In this document: positions 1 through 11,797 of the stretch, piece after piece
Layout of the letters: every line of letters begins with the position of its first letter
Position numbering within the stretch: position 1 is the stretch's first letter
NCBI GenBank assembly: GCA_026770705.1
Contig: JANJGN010000023.1
Location: forward strand, 26,660,001 to 26,724,000
Direction of reading: 5' to 3'
DNA length: 64,000 bases
Source: Isurus oxyrinchus
Taxonomy: Eukaryota
Translations under genes and position numbers: made by a program
Notes under the pieces: model-generated
Seen by the model: the letters and a program-made list of their open reading frames with translations, nothing else
Database searches by the model: none
What the model was told of the DNA's origin: nothing

Positions 1-46
1 ATTCAGGAGTTGGTGAGGTATTTTAGAGCTGTGGTGAGACTGCAAG

Positions 47-1880
47 ATGGATTTGACAATTGCTAAGACTTATCTGGGAGTAGAAGATACAACTCTGATT
101 GGGTTGGAGAAAATAACCAAAAGTAAATTAACAGAATTGGCAGATAAGTTAATATTGGGGTTACCTGAGGGTGCTAGGAAATCAGATATAATTAAAAGTA
201 TAGCACAGCATCTACAGTTGGAAATGAAATCTGACACTCGTGAGTCACAGCTGGAGGTGGTGAGACTTCAGTTACAAATGAAGACGCTTGAATTTGAACA
301 ACAAAGGAACTGAAAAAGCTTGAATTAGAAGCAAAGGACAGAGAAATAGCTTTCAAAAGGGAACAGGTAGAAAAGCAGGAGAGAGAAAGAAAACAGGAAA
401 GGGAATTAGAAATTGTGAAGGTAGAGAAGGAGGAAAGAGTAAGAGAGAGAATTCCAACTGAAAATGTTGGCAGTTAAAAAAAAAGATGCCAAGAGATGAG
501 GAAGAGCTTATCTCCAGATTAGAACCCAGTGGGAAGATGTTTAAATTTGTACCAGCTCTTCTAAAGTTTGGGGAAAAAGATATTGAAGCCTTTTTTATTT
601 CATTTAGGAAGCTAGCTAAACAGATGAAATGGCCACAGGAAAACTGGACATTATTATTACAGTCTAGGTTAGTGGGTAGGGCACATGAGGTATATGCTTC
701 ACTGTCAGGAGAAATGTTGGTGAATTATGATGTGTTGAAGAAGTTTATTTTGAGTGCATATGAGTTGGTTCCTGAAGCATACAGGCAGAAATTTAGGAAT
801 ATGAGAAAACAGCTTGGGTAAACTTATATTGGGCTGAATTATGCCGTCGGCTAGCAGGGGGGCGGGGCTCCCATTTAAATCTTCAGGAAGGCGGGCCCGC
901 AGCAAAATCAGCTGCGGGCCCGCCAACTTGTCAATGGCCAATTGAGGCCGTTGACAGGATCATTAAAACAATTAAAGGACTTGCTCATCCAACCTTAAGG
1001 TTGGCAGGTTGGCCAGAAGCCCCGGTGGGGAATAGAAAAAACATGAAACCTCATCCACCGGCAGGATGAGGTTTCATGTAGGGATTTAAAAAGTTTAGTA
1101 AAGTTTTAGTGTAGATTATGAACATGTCCCATCTCATGTGACATCGTCACATGAAGGGACATGTTAAGGATTTTTTTTTCTATTTTTAATGTTTTTAGCA
1201 CTTTGCCTCAGGGAGATGTGTGCTCTTTCGTGCACATGCGTGAAAAAGCGCACTCTCGTTTTTGGGGAATCCCCCACCCACACAGGAAGTGCATAGCGCT
1301 TCCTGACGGACGTCACACTGGGCAGGCCTTTATTGGCCCGCCCACATAAAATGGTGGTGGGGCCCGCTTCTCTGGCGGGGATCGGCTCCCCACCCATCAG
1401 AGATTGGGTCGAGCCTGCCCGCCTGACAGGCTGAAAATTCTGCCCATTGAGTTTGAAAGAGTAAAACAAAGTAATTTTGACCAGTGCATACGGGTGTTAA
1501 AAATAGAGATAACCTATGCAACTCTTAGGGAATTAATTCTTTTGGAAGAATTTAAGGATTCAATCCTGTCGGTAGTGAGAACTCATGTGGTGGAACAGAG
1601 CATTGATTCCATAAGACATGCAGCAGAGATAGCTGATAGTTATGAGTTAGTTCATAGAGCTAAACCTTTTTTCTCATCACCCTTTCAAATTGGAAAAGGT
1701 TAGAAAGTAGGAAGGTGAAAGAAAGGTAGGTAGTCAGGGAAGAGGAGTAGCTGGAAGATCCCAGGAAGTTTTTTCTCAGAATAAAAAGGAAGGTGCTGAA
1801 GGTAGAAGTGACATTCAAGAATTGACGTGTTTTCATTGTAATAATGTGGGGCACATGAAGTCAGTGTGTTGGAAATCGCC
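47..1880 (+). pseudogene. gag: gag (coiled-coil, SCAN-like capsid region, CCHC zinc knuckle), frameshifted and split by MITE 831-1445
   Basis: ORF fragments 47-313, 486-821, 1446-1703 and 1822-1880; removing the MITE restores T-Y-I-E-F-E-R across 822-1460. Confidence 0.85.
831..1445. mobile_element. Harbinger/PIF-type MITE inserted in gag
   Basis: Ends GGGCTGAATT / AATTCTGCCC; 3-bp TSD ATT (828-830, 1446-1448); two internal hairpins; homologous to 4290-4997. Confidence 0.85.
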
Positions 1881-2699
1881 GGAAAAATCTTTTGGAATTT
1901 TTGAGGTACAGAAAAGCTCTGGAAGTATTGTGGGATTTGAGGTTCAGGCACAGGAGAAACTATTGGTTTGTGTCCAGGTGAAACAGGGAGAATCAGTGAC
2001 AGGTGAAGAAGTGGAATGTGTTCACAGTTTATGCAAGAGAATTCTGAGGAGCAGGTTGCAGAAATGTTTAAAGACTTTGTATGTGAAGAAAAAGTCTTTC
2101 CATGTGTACAGGGTAGAGTAGGTAAAGATGTTAAAATTTGAAGAGACACAGAGGCTAGTCAATCCTTAATGTTTTGGCTAGTGATATTTGTTCAAAGGGA
2201 GTATTGCAGGAGCACGTAACAATAAGTGGGGTTCATGGAGATGCTAAATCTATTCCATTGTGGAAGGTAAATATAAAGAGCAAATGGAGGACTGGTGAGG
2301 TTATAGTTGGAGTGGTGGAAAAATTGCCTGTTGCAGGGGTTCAATTTATTCTGGGTAATGATATAGCTGGCAAATGTGGGTGATGCCTATAGTAGTTGAG
2401 CAGCCTGTAGAAGTGTCCTCAACAGAGGTGTTATAAAAGGAACATCCTGGATTGTTTCCTGATTGTGTTGTAATGAGATTAAAGGCTCATGGGGAAGAAC
2501 AAGAAAAATGAGAAAGGGAGACAGTTCAAAGGCAAGAAGATGGTATTGAAATCCAATTAATTGGCACTGTGTTTGTTAACATTGTTCAGGAGGGAAGATT
2601 ACAGGACAATCCAGCTGAAGTGTTTAAGTCAAGGGGGTTAGTGGAGTTACAGAAAAATGATTTGCAATTAAAGCAGTTGTATCAGAAAACTTATTCAGA

Positions 2700-3880
2700 A
2701 ACAGAAGCAAAATGTATTCCAATATGTTATTACCTTCAGGGTGATATTTTAATGAGAAAATGGAGGTTGGATCATGTCTCAGCAAAAGAAAGCTGGAAGG
2801 AGGTGCATCAGATTGTTATCCCATTAGGGTATAGAAATGTGATTCTGAGGATCGCTCATGAAATTCCAATGGGAGGACATTTGGGAATCAGAAAAACCCA
2901 GGAAAAGATAGAGTTTTTTTTTAGCCAGGATTGCATAGGGATGTGGTCAAATTCTGTATAACCTGTCATACATGTCAAATAACAGGAAAACCACAAGCAG
3001 TAATTAAGCCAGCGCCTTTAATCCCAATACCAGCATTTGAAGATCCTTTTACCAAGGTCATGATTAATTGTGTAGGACTCCTCAATAAAAGTGGAAAGCA
3101 GTATTTACTGACAATAATGGATGTATCTACCAGGTTTCCTGAAGCGATACTTTAAAGAAATATTACAACTAAGAAGATTGCGGAGGAGTTAATTAAATTT
3201 TTTACAAGATTCTGTTTACCTAAAGAAATACAATCAGATCAGGGGTCAAATTTTATGTCACAGCTGTTTAAGGAAGTAAACAATTTGAGGATGAAACAGT
3301 TTAAGTCAACATCTTATCATCCGGAGTCACGAGGAGCTTTGGAAAGATGCCATCAAATTTTAAAAACTATGATGAGAGCATACTGTCAGAATTATGCACA
3401 GGATTGGGATACAGGAATTCCATTTTTGTTATTTACTATTTGAGACGCTCCTAATACAACAACTGGTTTTAGCCCTTTTGAACTAGGTTATGTTCATGAG
3501 ATAAGGGAACCACTGAAATGGATTCATGAGAAATTGGTGGGTCAAAATTCAGAAACTATTCTCCTAGATTACGTATCACATTTCAGGGAAAGATTGAACA
3601 AAGCATGAGAGTTGGCTAGGAAACATTTAAAGATACCACAGCAAGTGATGAAATTGAAGGCAGATAAGAAAGCTAAAACTCACAGTTTTGTTTCTGGAGA
3701 GAAAGTACTAGCTTTGTTACCAGTACTAGGTTATTCATTAAATGCAAGGTTTAGTTGGTCTTACAGAATTGAAAAGAAATTGAGTGAAGTAAATTATTAA
3801 TAAACACTCCAGATGGAAGAAAGAAGCAGAGGGTGTGTCATGAGAATATGCTTAAAAAGTACTTTGACAGGGAACAGGAA
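2700..3880 (+). pseudogene. Integrase (HHCC + DDE core), upstream of RT
   Basis: ORFs 2569-2961, 2931-3155, 3255-3443 and 3612-3800 carry the HHCC residues, YLLTIMDVSTRFPEAI, DQGSNF and YHPESRGALER. Confidence 0.88.
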
Positions 3881-4289
3881 TAAAAAGAGGTATTAATGAT
3901 GGTGGATAATGTGAAAGAGGTAGGGGTGCAGGACTCTGAAGCTGATCTTAGTCTAATCAAATTGGATAATGAGGGGGTGCTTGAAAATTTAAACAAAATA
4001 TTAAATTACCTTTCAAACAAGTGTTAAAGTGATTTAGAAAAGCTATTGCTGTCACACAAACCTATTTGTGGAAATAAATTGGGGGAGACTAATTTAGCTA
4101 TACATGATTTATGTATAGAAATTTTACCTTCAATAAGGCAACAACCTCATAGATTAAATCCAGCAAAGTTATCACAAGTACAAAAAGAAATTGATTTCAT
4201 GCTTCAAAATGATATCATTGAGTCTCATTGCAGTAACTGGAGTTCGCCTATTGTACTGGTAGTGAAACCAGATGAAACACAAAGACTTT

Positions 4290-4997
4290 GGGCAGAATTT
4301 TGCCAATGGTGAGCAGGCGGTGGGGCCTGCTCACCAACACATAAAATGACGCGGGATGACATCAGGCGGAACCCCCGGCGTCACCCCGCCCCATTTAAAT
4401 TTTCAGGAAGGTCGGGGTGTAGCAAAATCAGCTGCGGGCCCGCCAACCTGTCAATGGCTAATTGAGGCCATTGACAGGATCAATTATACAATTAAAGGTC
4501 CTGCCCACCCAACCTTAAGGCTGGCGGGCAGGCCAGGAGCCCCGGTGGGGATTAGAAAAAACATGAAGCCTCATCCACCGGTGGGATGAGGTTTCATATA
4601 GGGTTTTAAAAAGTTTAATAAAGTTATTATGTAAATTATGAACATATCCCATCTCATGTGACATTGTCACATAGGGGGACATGTTAGGGAATTTTTAAAA
4701 TTCTATTCTTCATATTTTTCAAAGTGTCGGCGATCTCCCTGAGACAGCATTTAGCCTCAGGGGAATGTGTGCTCTTTCGTGCGCATGTGCAAAAGAGCGC
4801 ACTCTCGCTTTTGGGGAATCCCCCCTCGCCCGCACAGGGAGTGCATAGCGCTTCCCACTGGACGTCATGCTGGGCGGGCCTTAATTGGCCCGTCCACATA
4901 AAATGGCGGCGGGGCCCACTTCTCCGGCAGGGATTGGCTCCCTGCCCACCGGAGATTGGGTCGGGCCTGCCCACCCGGCAAGCAGAAAATTCTGCCG
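4290..4997. mobile_element. Harbinger/PIF-type MITE inserted in RT
   Basis: Ends GGGCAGAATTTT / AAAATTCTGCC; same internal sequence as 831-1445; excision restores QRLCVDY. Confidence 0.85.
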
Positions 4998-5616
4998 TGT
5001 GTGGACTATCGAAAAGTGAATACGGTGACAAAAGCAGATTCATATCCTATACCGCAGTTGTAAGATTGTATTGAGAAAGTTGGACAATTGAAATTTATCA
5101 AAGATTGAATTGTTAAAAGGAAACTGGCAGGTACCGTTGTCGGAGAGATCAAAGGAGATAACAGCTTTTGTAACACCAAGTGAACTATACCAGTTTAAAG
5201 TCATGCCATTTGGGATGAAGAATGCACCTGCGACATTTCAAAGACTGACAAACAATGTAATTGCAGGTCTAAGTAATTGTGCTGTTTACATTGATGATCT
5301 AATTGTTATCAGTCAGACGTGGGCGGAGCATTTACGGCATCTGGAAGAGTTAGTTACTCGGCTACAAGAAGCTAATTTGGTGATGAACTTGGCTAAAAGT
5401 GGATTTGCTAAAGCGCAAGTCACATATCTAGGCCATACGATTGGACGTGTTAGGGTAGCTCCGAGAGATGTGACAGTCAAGGCTATTGTGGATTTCCCAG
5501 TGCCTACAACAAAACAAGAAGTTTTGAGATTTCTGGGCATGAGTAGGTTTTACTGGAAATTTGTTCCAAATTTTAGCCGAGTGGTTGCTCCGCTGACAGA
5601 ACTATTAAAAAGGAAA

Positions 5617-6524
5617 AGAATCACAGAATCACAGTGCAGAAGAGGCCCTTCGGCCCATCGAGTCTGCACCAACACATGAGAAACACCTGACCTACCTACC
5701 TAATCCCATTTACCAGCACTTGGTCCATAGCCTTGAATGTTATGACCTGCCAAGTGCTCATCCAGGTACTTTTTAAAGGATGTGAGACAACCCGCCTCCA
5801 CCACCCTCCCAGGCAGTGCATTCCAGACCATCACCACCCTCTGGGTAAAAAGGTTTTTCCTCACATCTCCCCAAAACCTCCTGCCCTTCATCTTGAACTT
5901 ATGCCCCCTTGTGACTGATCCTTCAACTAAGGGGAACAGTTGCTCTCTATCCACCTTGTCCATGCCCCTCATAATCTTGTACACCTCGATCAGGTCACCC
6001 CTCAGTCTTCTCTGCTCCAACGAAAACAACCCAAGTCTATCCAACCTCTCTTCATAACTTAAATGTTTCATGCCAGGCAACATCCTGGTGAATCTCCTCT
6101 GCACCCCCTCCAGTGCAATCACATCCTTCCTATGATGTGGCGACCAGAACTGTACACAGTACTCCAGCTGTGGCCTTACCAAGGTTCTATACAATTTCAA
6201 TATGACCTCCCTATTTTTGTAATCTATGCCTCGATTGATAAAGGCAAGTGTCCCATATGTCTTTTTCACTATCCCACTAACTTGCCCCTCTGCCTTCAGA
6301 GATCTATGGACACACACGCCAAGGTCCCTTTGTTCCTCAGAACTTCCTAGTGTCATGCCGTTCATTGAATACTTCCTTGTCAAATTACTCCTTCCAAAGT
6401 GTATCACCTCACACTTTTCAGGGTTAAGTTCCACCTGTCACTTATCTGCCCATTTGACCATCCCGTCTGTATCTTCCTGTAGCCCAAGACACTCAACCTC
6501 ACTGTTAACCACCCAGCCAATCTT
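5617..6524 (-). mobile_element. Young 5'-truncated CR1 LINE (ORF2 C-terminus + 3' UTR)
   Basis: Intact 244-aa minus-strand ORF 5700-6434 (KCEVIHFG, LYRTLVRPQLEYCVQFWSP, RLRGDLIEVYK, TRGHKFK, FTQRVVMVWNALP); ATTCT-type tail at ~5617-5632. Confidence 0.92.
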
Positions 6525-7194
6525 CAAACAAGAGGTTTCAATGGACACTGGAGTGTCAGAAGTCATTTGATAGTTTGGAAACTACATGAACCATGACACC
6601 AGTTTTGGCAATTAGGCCAAGCAATTTAAGTTGGCCATTGATGCAAGTGATTTGGCATTGATGACACTGGAATTGAAAAACCGATTGGATATTTTTCACG
6701 GAAGCTGAATGTACAACAGAGAAGATATTCAACGATTGGAAAAGAGACTTGGGGTTTGGTATTAGCATTGCAGTATTTTGAAATTCATGTTGCAAACAAT
6801 TCATCAGAAACTATTGTTTATACAGACCATAATCCTTTGAAGTTTTTGGACAAATTTTGAGACAAAAGTGCAAGTCTTTTCAGATGAAGTCTATTATTAC
6901 AACAATTTAATCTACAGATTATACATATTGCCTGAAGAATCTGTTTGCAGATGCATTATCAAGAGTTTGAAGCTTAAAGGAAAATTGGACATTTTTAAAC
7001 CCCTGGACACGGAACTGAAGTGATTTCTATTGATACTAAGGACTTGTGTGTGTGTGTATATATATATAGTTATGTTAATGCATGCATCTGGTAATGTAAT
7101 AGTGTAATAAGTACAGGAGATAGTGGGAGATTGTTTATTAAAAATGAAGCCAACTTTTAGATTATGATGGTTCATTTTTCGATAGGAAGGGGGA

Positions 7195-7971
7195 TGTCAT
7201 GAAGCTATTAAGGTATATCACGTTATTGGAATTTTTTAAAATAGAGTTTAGTCTGTGGGTGTGTCTTTGTGTGTCCTAATTGGATTAAAACCAGCTAGTC
7301 TGGGTACTTTGATGTATCATAGTTTTGAGATGTAAACAGAGCGGGAGGTACATTTGCATTTTGTTGAATAGAGTATTCAAGAAGGGCAGTGAAATTTTGC
7401 ACCTAGCTAGGAGACACAAAGCAATGTGTTTATATCACTAATAAAATTGCTGCTATGAAAGCAGTTTCATTGTTAGAAGAAGTGGAGTTCAAGGGGCCTG
7501 GTGATACAATGAAAATTTACATTCAAAGAGAAGTGCTGGGTGTAACAGAAAGCAGTTTTGTCTGTGCAGAGCAGAGGCATGTAACATCAAAGCAGCTATA
7601 AGCCTACAACTGTCTGCAAAGGAACCAAATTGAAAGGAGCCTCATTTTGAATTTGTAAGGTGAAAACGCTTTGCCTGGTGTCTGCTTAAAGTCTTTGGGT
7701 TGTTGTTGCCTTAGTGGAGATTAGTTTGGGAACTTGTTGAAATGTTATGATAGTAGTAATTTGTAGCCATGTGTATGTGTTTAATACCTTGTAAATTAAT
7801 AGATGTCTCATTTAGTTTGATAAAAAAAACCTCTCAAGAACTGATGGTCTTATTCCTGAATTTAGAGCTGCATCTCAAACATACCAATTGAAAATATAGG
7901 TTATGACAGCTGTTTAAAGTTTCCCTCAGGGATTTTAAATAACAGCCTTTACCAATTCACACGTCATAACA
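7195..7971 (+). repeat. 3' LTR (777 bp) of the Gmr1-type element
   Basis: Starts TGTCATGA right after the polypurine tract (AGGAAGGGGGA, 7184-7194) and ends TCATAACA, an imperfect terminal inverted repeat. Confidence 0.8.
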
Positions 7972-8214
7972 TGATGATAGTAAACAATAGTGGTACTTAA
8001 CCTCCAACACCAGCACAACACAACACATGCCAGGCTTTTTAGTTACTATTTCTTCATATCCTTATTATAATTTATTGTTTCACTGGCGTGAAATAGCAAG
8101 ACAAAGTGTGAAAGTAAGACATATAGATGTATACTAACATTGCAGGATAGATGATATTCATTCACAACATTTATTGCAAATTAACATACTCAACCATAAC
8201 AAGTTATCCAGCAG

Positions 8215-8345
8215 ACTTCACCACTTTTCTATTTTTACTTAGTTCTGTTGAAGAGTCATACGGACTCGAAATGTTAACTATATTCCTCTCTGCAGATGCT
8301 ACCAGACCTGCTGAGTTTTTCCAGGTATTTTTATTTTTGTTTTAG
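8215..8345 (+). mobile_element. Older Penelope pLTR-derived fragment with hammerhead-like motif (8241-8279)
   Basis: AGTT-CTGTTGA-AGAGTC-ATACG-GACTC-GAAATGTT-AACT followed by GATGCTACCAGACCTGCTGAGTTTTTCCAGGT, homologous to the pLTR at 60660-60790. Confidence 0.75.
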
Positions 8346-8439
8346 ACTTCCTATGGTATCTCAGTTGGTACATCTGTTACCTAGGATGAAAATGAGTTCA
8401 ACAAAACAAGAGTTCCCAGATCTGTTCTCCAGTCTGCAC

Positions 8440-8760
8440 TACATTAGTTCAGACTGCGGATCTTGGATCATAGTCAAGTTGACAATGAGGTACTATAATA
8501 GGCTTTGGCGTCCTGATTATGGACATGAAGAGGGAAAGGATACCATCAGCCAGGGCTCCCTTTCCTAATTGCTATCTAGTGGCCTTTGCTGGGAGGTGCA
8601 TGTGTGCAATTTTTAGGGTAGGACAGAATCAGGGGTCACTGGGTTTATTTATATGGCGAATAGTCTCTAGGAATGGATGCCACAAACCACCACTGACTAT
8701 GAAACCACAACTTAGCTATAGTCAGTAACAGCAGAAGAGGGGGGGAAGATAAGACATTTT
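8440..8760 (+). mobile_element. Ancient tRNA-derived SINE relic (resembles AmnSINE2 family)
   Basis: ATCAGCCAGGGCTCCCTTTCCTAATTGCTATCTAGTGGCCTTTGCTGGGAGGTGCATGTGTG; related to 10615-10870 and 53255-53420. Family name is from recall only. Confidence 0.4.
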
Positions 8761-9469
8761 TATTTAAAAAAAACTGTAGAGTAACATTACAATTTACAAA
8801 GCGTCATTAAATTACTCTCGCCTTCTACCCTATCACAGATCTTTCCCTTACCTTGGGAGAAGTTCCATCTCTTACAAGACCGGCCTGTAAATCTGGAGCC
8901 AGCAGAGACCTACTACACTGGAGTCGCTGACACTTTATGGTGGGTTCCCTGAAGTTATGAGCAGGTCTGTTAGAACCACTGGGGAGGGAGTTACAGGGAT
9001 GTAGGGTGGCCACTCACTCCACTTTTCCCAGCTGGAATTTGAGCCACTTTCTATATCGAGAGGGAAACTGGAAAATCCATGTTTGGCCATAAATTTCCCC
9101 TGCCTCTGTGTGGTGATCTGTGATCCGGCTGTGCCACACACCACTAATCTGCTTCTGAAATGTCTAAGTAATGGACTTGCACACAGGAGTAATAAGAGCC
9201 TGCCCAGTGAAGGACATAGGGCTACAATAAATTCAAAATACATTCCCCCTAAACAGTGCAATTCACAATGCAACTAGTATTTACCGTCTGCTAAACTTCT
9301 ATCTAATGTTAATCTTCTCCAAAAATAAAATTTAAATAAATAGAGTAAGAAGAGGGATATGATTTTCCCCATTCTATTTTGTATAAACAGGAGGGAAAAT
9401 TGAACTAGTGTTCTCACTACCTTATTGTTGGAGTATAGTTAATAGCTATTATGCTGATAGCTAACACTA

Positions 9470-10150
9470 CATACAAATACATACAAATTAGGAGCGGGGT
9501 AGGCCATGCAGCCTCTCTAGCCTACTCCTCCATTCAATAAGATCATGGTTGATCTGATTTTAACCTCACATTCCTGCCTAACCCTGATAATCTTTCATCC
9601 CCTTGCTTATCAAGGACCCATCTACCTCTACCTTAATGGTATTCAAGGACTCTGCCTCAACCACCTTTTGAGGAAGAGAATTCCAAAGTCTCACAACCCT
9701 CTGAGAAAAATCTTCTTTCCTCAGCTCTGTCCTAAATGGGTGACTCCTTATATTGAAACAATGACCTCGAGTTCAATATTTTCCTACAAGAGGAAACACC
9801 CTTTCCACATTGACCCTGTCAAGCCCTCTCAGGATCTTATATGTTTCAATCAAGTCACCTCTTACTCTTCTGAACTCCAGTGGATATGAGCTTAGTCTGT
9901 CCAGCCTCTCCGTCCATTCCAGGTATTAATCTAGTAAACCTTCTCTGAACCACTTCTAATGCATTTACATCTTTTCTTAAACAAGGAGAATGAATACTGT
10001 ATACAATACTCCAGATGTGGTCTCACCAATGCCCTGTATAACTGAAGCATCACCTCCCTAGTCTTGTATTCAACTCCCCTTGCAAAAAATGATAACATTT
10101 TATTAGCTTTGCTAATTACTTGCTGCACCTGCATACTAATCTTTTGCGAT
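9470..10150 (-). mobile_element. CR1 LINE 3' fragment
   Basis: Minus ORF 9931-10134 (VMLQLYRALVRPHLEYC) and CR1-type 3' UTR. Confidence 0.85.
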
Positions 10151-10614
10151 TATCATCATCATCATCATCAGTGATGTCAGATCACATGTCACTAGAATTC
10201 AAAGAGAGATGCTCCTGGAAGAAGCCTTGTGCTTATCTATTCCTGTACATTGTTGTATATAGATAATAAACATTTGGAAGCTCCTGGATGCCTTGTAGTC
10301 CAGAAGTCTCCATCAAATATGCCCTGGGTTGTCACCTTCTGAAGAATATGATTTTGTGGATACTGGGTGAAAGCATACTCTGACACAGCTGTGAAACTCT
10401 ATGTAATAGAAAAATCTGATTGCATTCACTATCCAGGCATAAAACAAAAAACAGCCACTTGGGTGAGATACTAGGAAGTAATCAAACATCAGTATTCAAT
10501 AGTGATTTGAAGAATAAATTCACATAATTTACATATCCCTACGTAGAAGTAGGTAGGGTTTCACCAATCATTACCATAATTTAAAGAAACAGGCAGTCGA
10601 AACATATTCAACTC

Positions 10615-10870
10615 TCTTAATGGCTGAGCTGAGCCACACAGGGCTTGAAGGTCCCAATCTTGATTGCCAGTCTGGGTTGACCTCACTGACATTAATTGAA
10701 ATGGCAGCAATTTGACCATTACAAAAGGTTTTGTTCACATCTTAAGTAAATTGGCTAAAACTCCCACTCGTGATTGCTGTTCAGTGACTCCTACTGGCTA
10801 GTGTTTGTGTGTGTTGGTGTGTGTGAACGAAGGCAGGAATGGGTTAAATTCTGATATTGCTGATGTATCA
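10615..10870 (+). mobile_element. Ancient SINE relic (AmnSINE2-like)
   Basis: CTGAGCCACACAGGGCTTGAAGGTCCCA...CCCACTCGTGATTGCTGTTCAGTGACTCCTACTGG; similar to 8440-8760. Confidence 0.35.
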
Positions 10871-11002
10871 TATAGTGGGAAGAAAACACTTCTACTTCCT
10901 ACTATGAAACGAGTCATCTCTGTACAAATATATTGTGTTGCATTTCTGTGATTGTTTCATCAGCTTTCTTTGTATTCCATCACCTGGCTTCTCTTATAAT
11001 AC

Positions 11003-11132
11003 AGACAGAAAATGCTGGGAATGCTCAGTAGGTCATGCAGCATCTACAGAGGAAGGAACACCATTCATGATGCAGGCCAGCCTTTCGTGAAAACTGGAAA
11101 ATTTTAATATTTCCAGCATCTGCAGTACTTTG
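11003..11132. mobile_element. Old inverted (head-to-head) Penelope pLTR relic
   Basis: Left arm GAAAATGCTGGGAATGCTCAGTAGGTCATGCAGCATCT (reverse pLTR) and right arm ATTTCCAGCATCTGCAGT (forward pLTR end). Confidence 0.55.
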
Positions 11133-11506
11133 ACCTTGCATCTGATTTATCTTACTCTCATAGTTAAGCACAGACATTGGCAACATCTTGTTAAAGTAAC
11201 AACTTTCATGCAGAATGCATTTTCACTAAGGACAGGACAACACTAAAGCAAACTTTAAAAATAATAATTGACTTAGCTAACCAAAAGTCACCAAGTATTA
11301 TTTAAATTTACATTTGTCTGACCTCTATTTTTTTAACTCAAGCACAGGAGTTAAGTTGCTTTACCTAATGGCCTTTCACTAATAGGTAATATTTTGCCTT
11401 TACATTTCCTTCTTTGCTTCCTTCATGGCAAGAGGTGCAAAGTATATATTTTGAACAAAATTAATAAAAATTATAACATCTGTAAAAGCTTAATGGAAAG
11501 AGAAAT

Positions 11507-11797
11507 TGTGGTAAATTGAGGTGCCCTGTCCCTTTAAGAGAATGCACATGTATTGATCATGTGACAGTACTGACGAATCACTGTACTGCACAGGCAGCTG
11601 GGAACTCTAAGTCTAGTTCTGGAGGTTTCTGAGTGAGCACATATGATCTGGTGCTCTGCCGTTTGTCTCAGTAAACCATCACTGTTATTCTTACATTAGT
11701 CTCTCCCTGTTATTGATTGCAAGTCGCAATTGCTGAGAGCATAGGAAGGCATGCAGTTATGAGTTCAGTTGGCCAATGAACCCATTTACCCAAGACT
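11507..11797 (+). repeat. 5' LTR followed by decayed PBS
   Basis: TGTGGTAAA...CCCAAGAC; next GGTGATGAGAAT (~11805), consistent with CpG-decayed TGGCGACGAGGAT (tRNA-Ser type PBS). Confidence 0.85.

Larger units (their letters stand above)
4080..6970 (+). pseudogene. pol: Reverse transcriptase-RNase H, split by MITE 4290-4997 and CR1 5617-6524
   Basis: WSSPIVLVVKPD...QRL|CVDYRKVN joins across the MITE; ORF 5110-5679 has YIDD; RNaseH motifs follow 6525. Confidence 0.9.
1..7971 (+). mobile_element. Degenerate Gmr1-type Ty3/Gypsy LTR retrotransposon (gag-PR-INT-RT-RNaseH), 5' LTR outside window; interrupted by two MITEs and a CR1
   Basis: Gag motifs AYELVPEAYRQKFRN and LRELILLEEFK; CCHC knuckle CFHCNNVGHMKSVC (~1828); protease RDTEASQS (~2142); integrase AHEIPMGGHLG...CITCHTCQ and SDQGSNF (2850-3255); RT MPFGMKNAPATFQ and YIDD (5200-5300); RNaseH IDASD, TDHNPL, ADALSR (6635-6965); PPT then LTR. 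Many stops and frameshifts. Confidence 0.93.

Noticed and set aside
705-1521. ORFs inside the MITEs (also 4356-5074, 40739-41627)
   Set aside because: GC-rich non-coding MITE sequence; frames are not conserved between sister copies.
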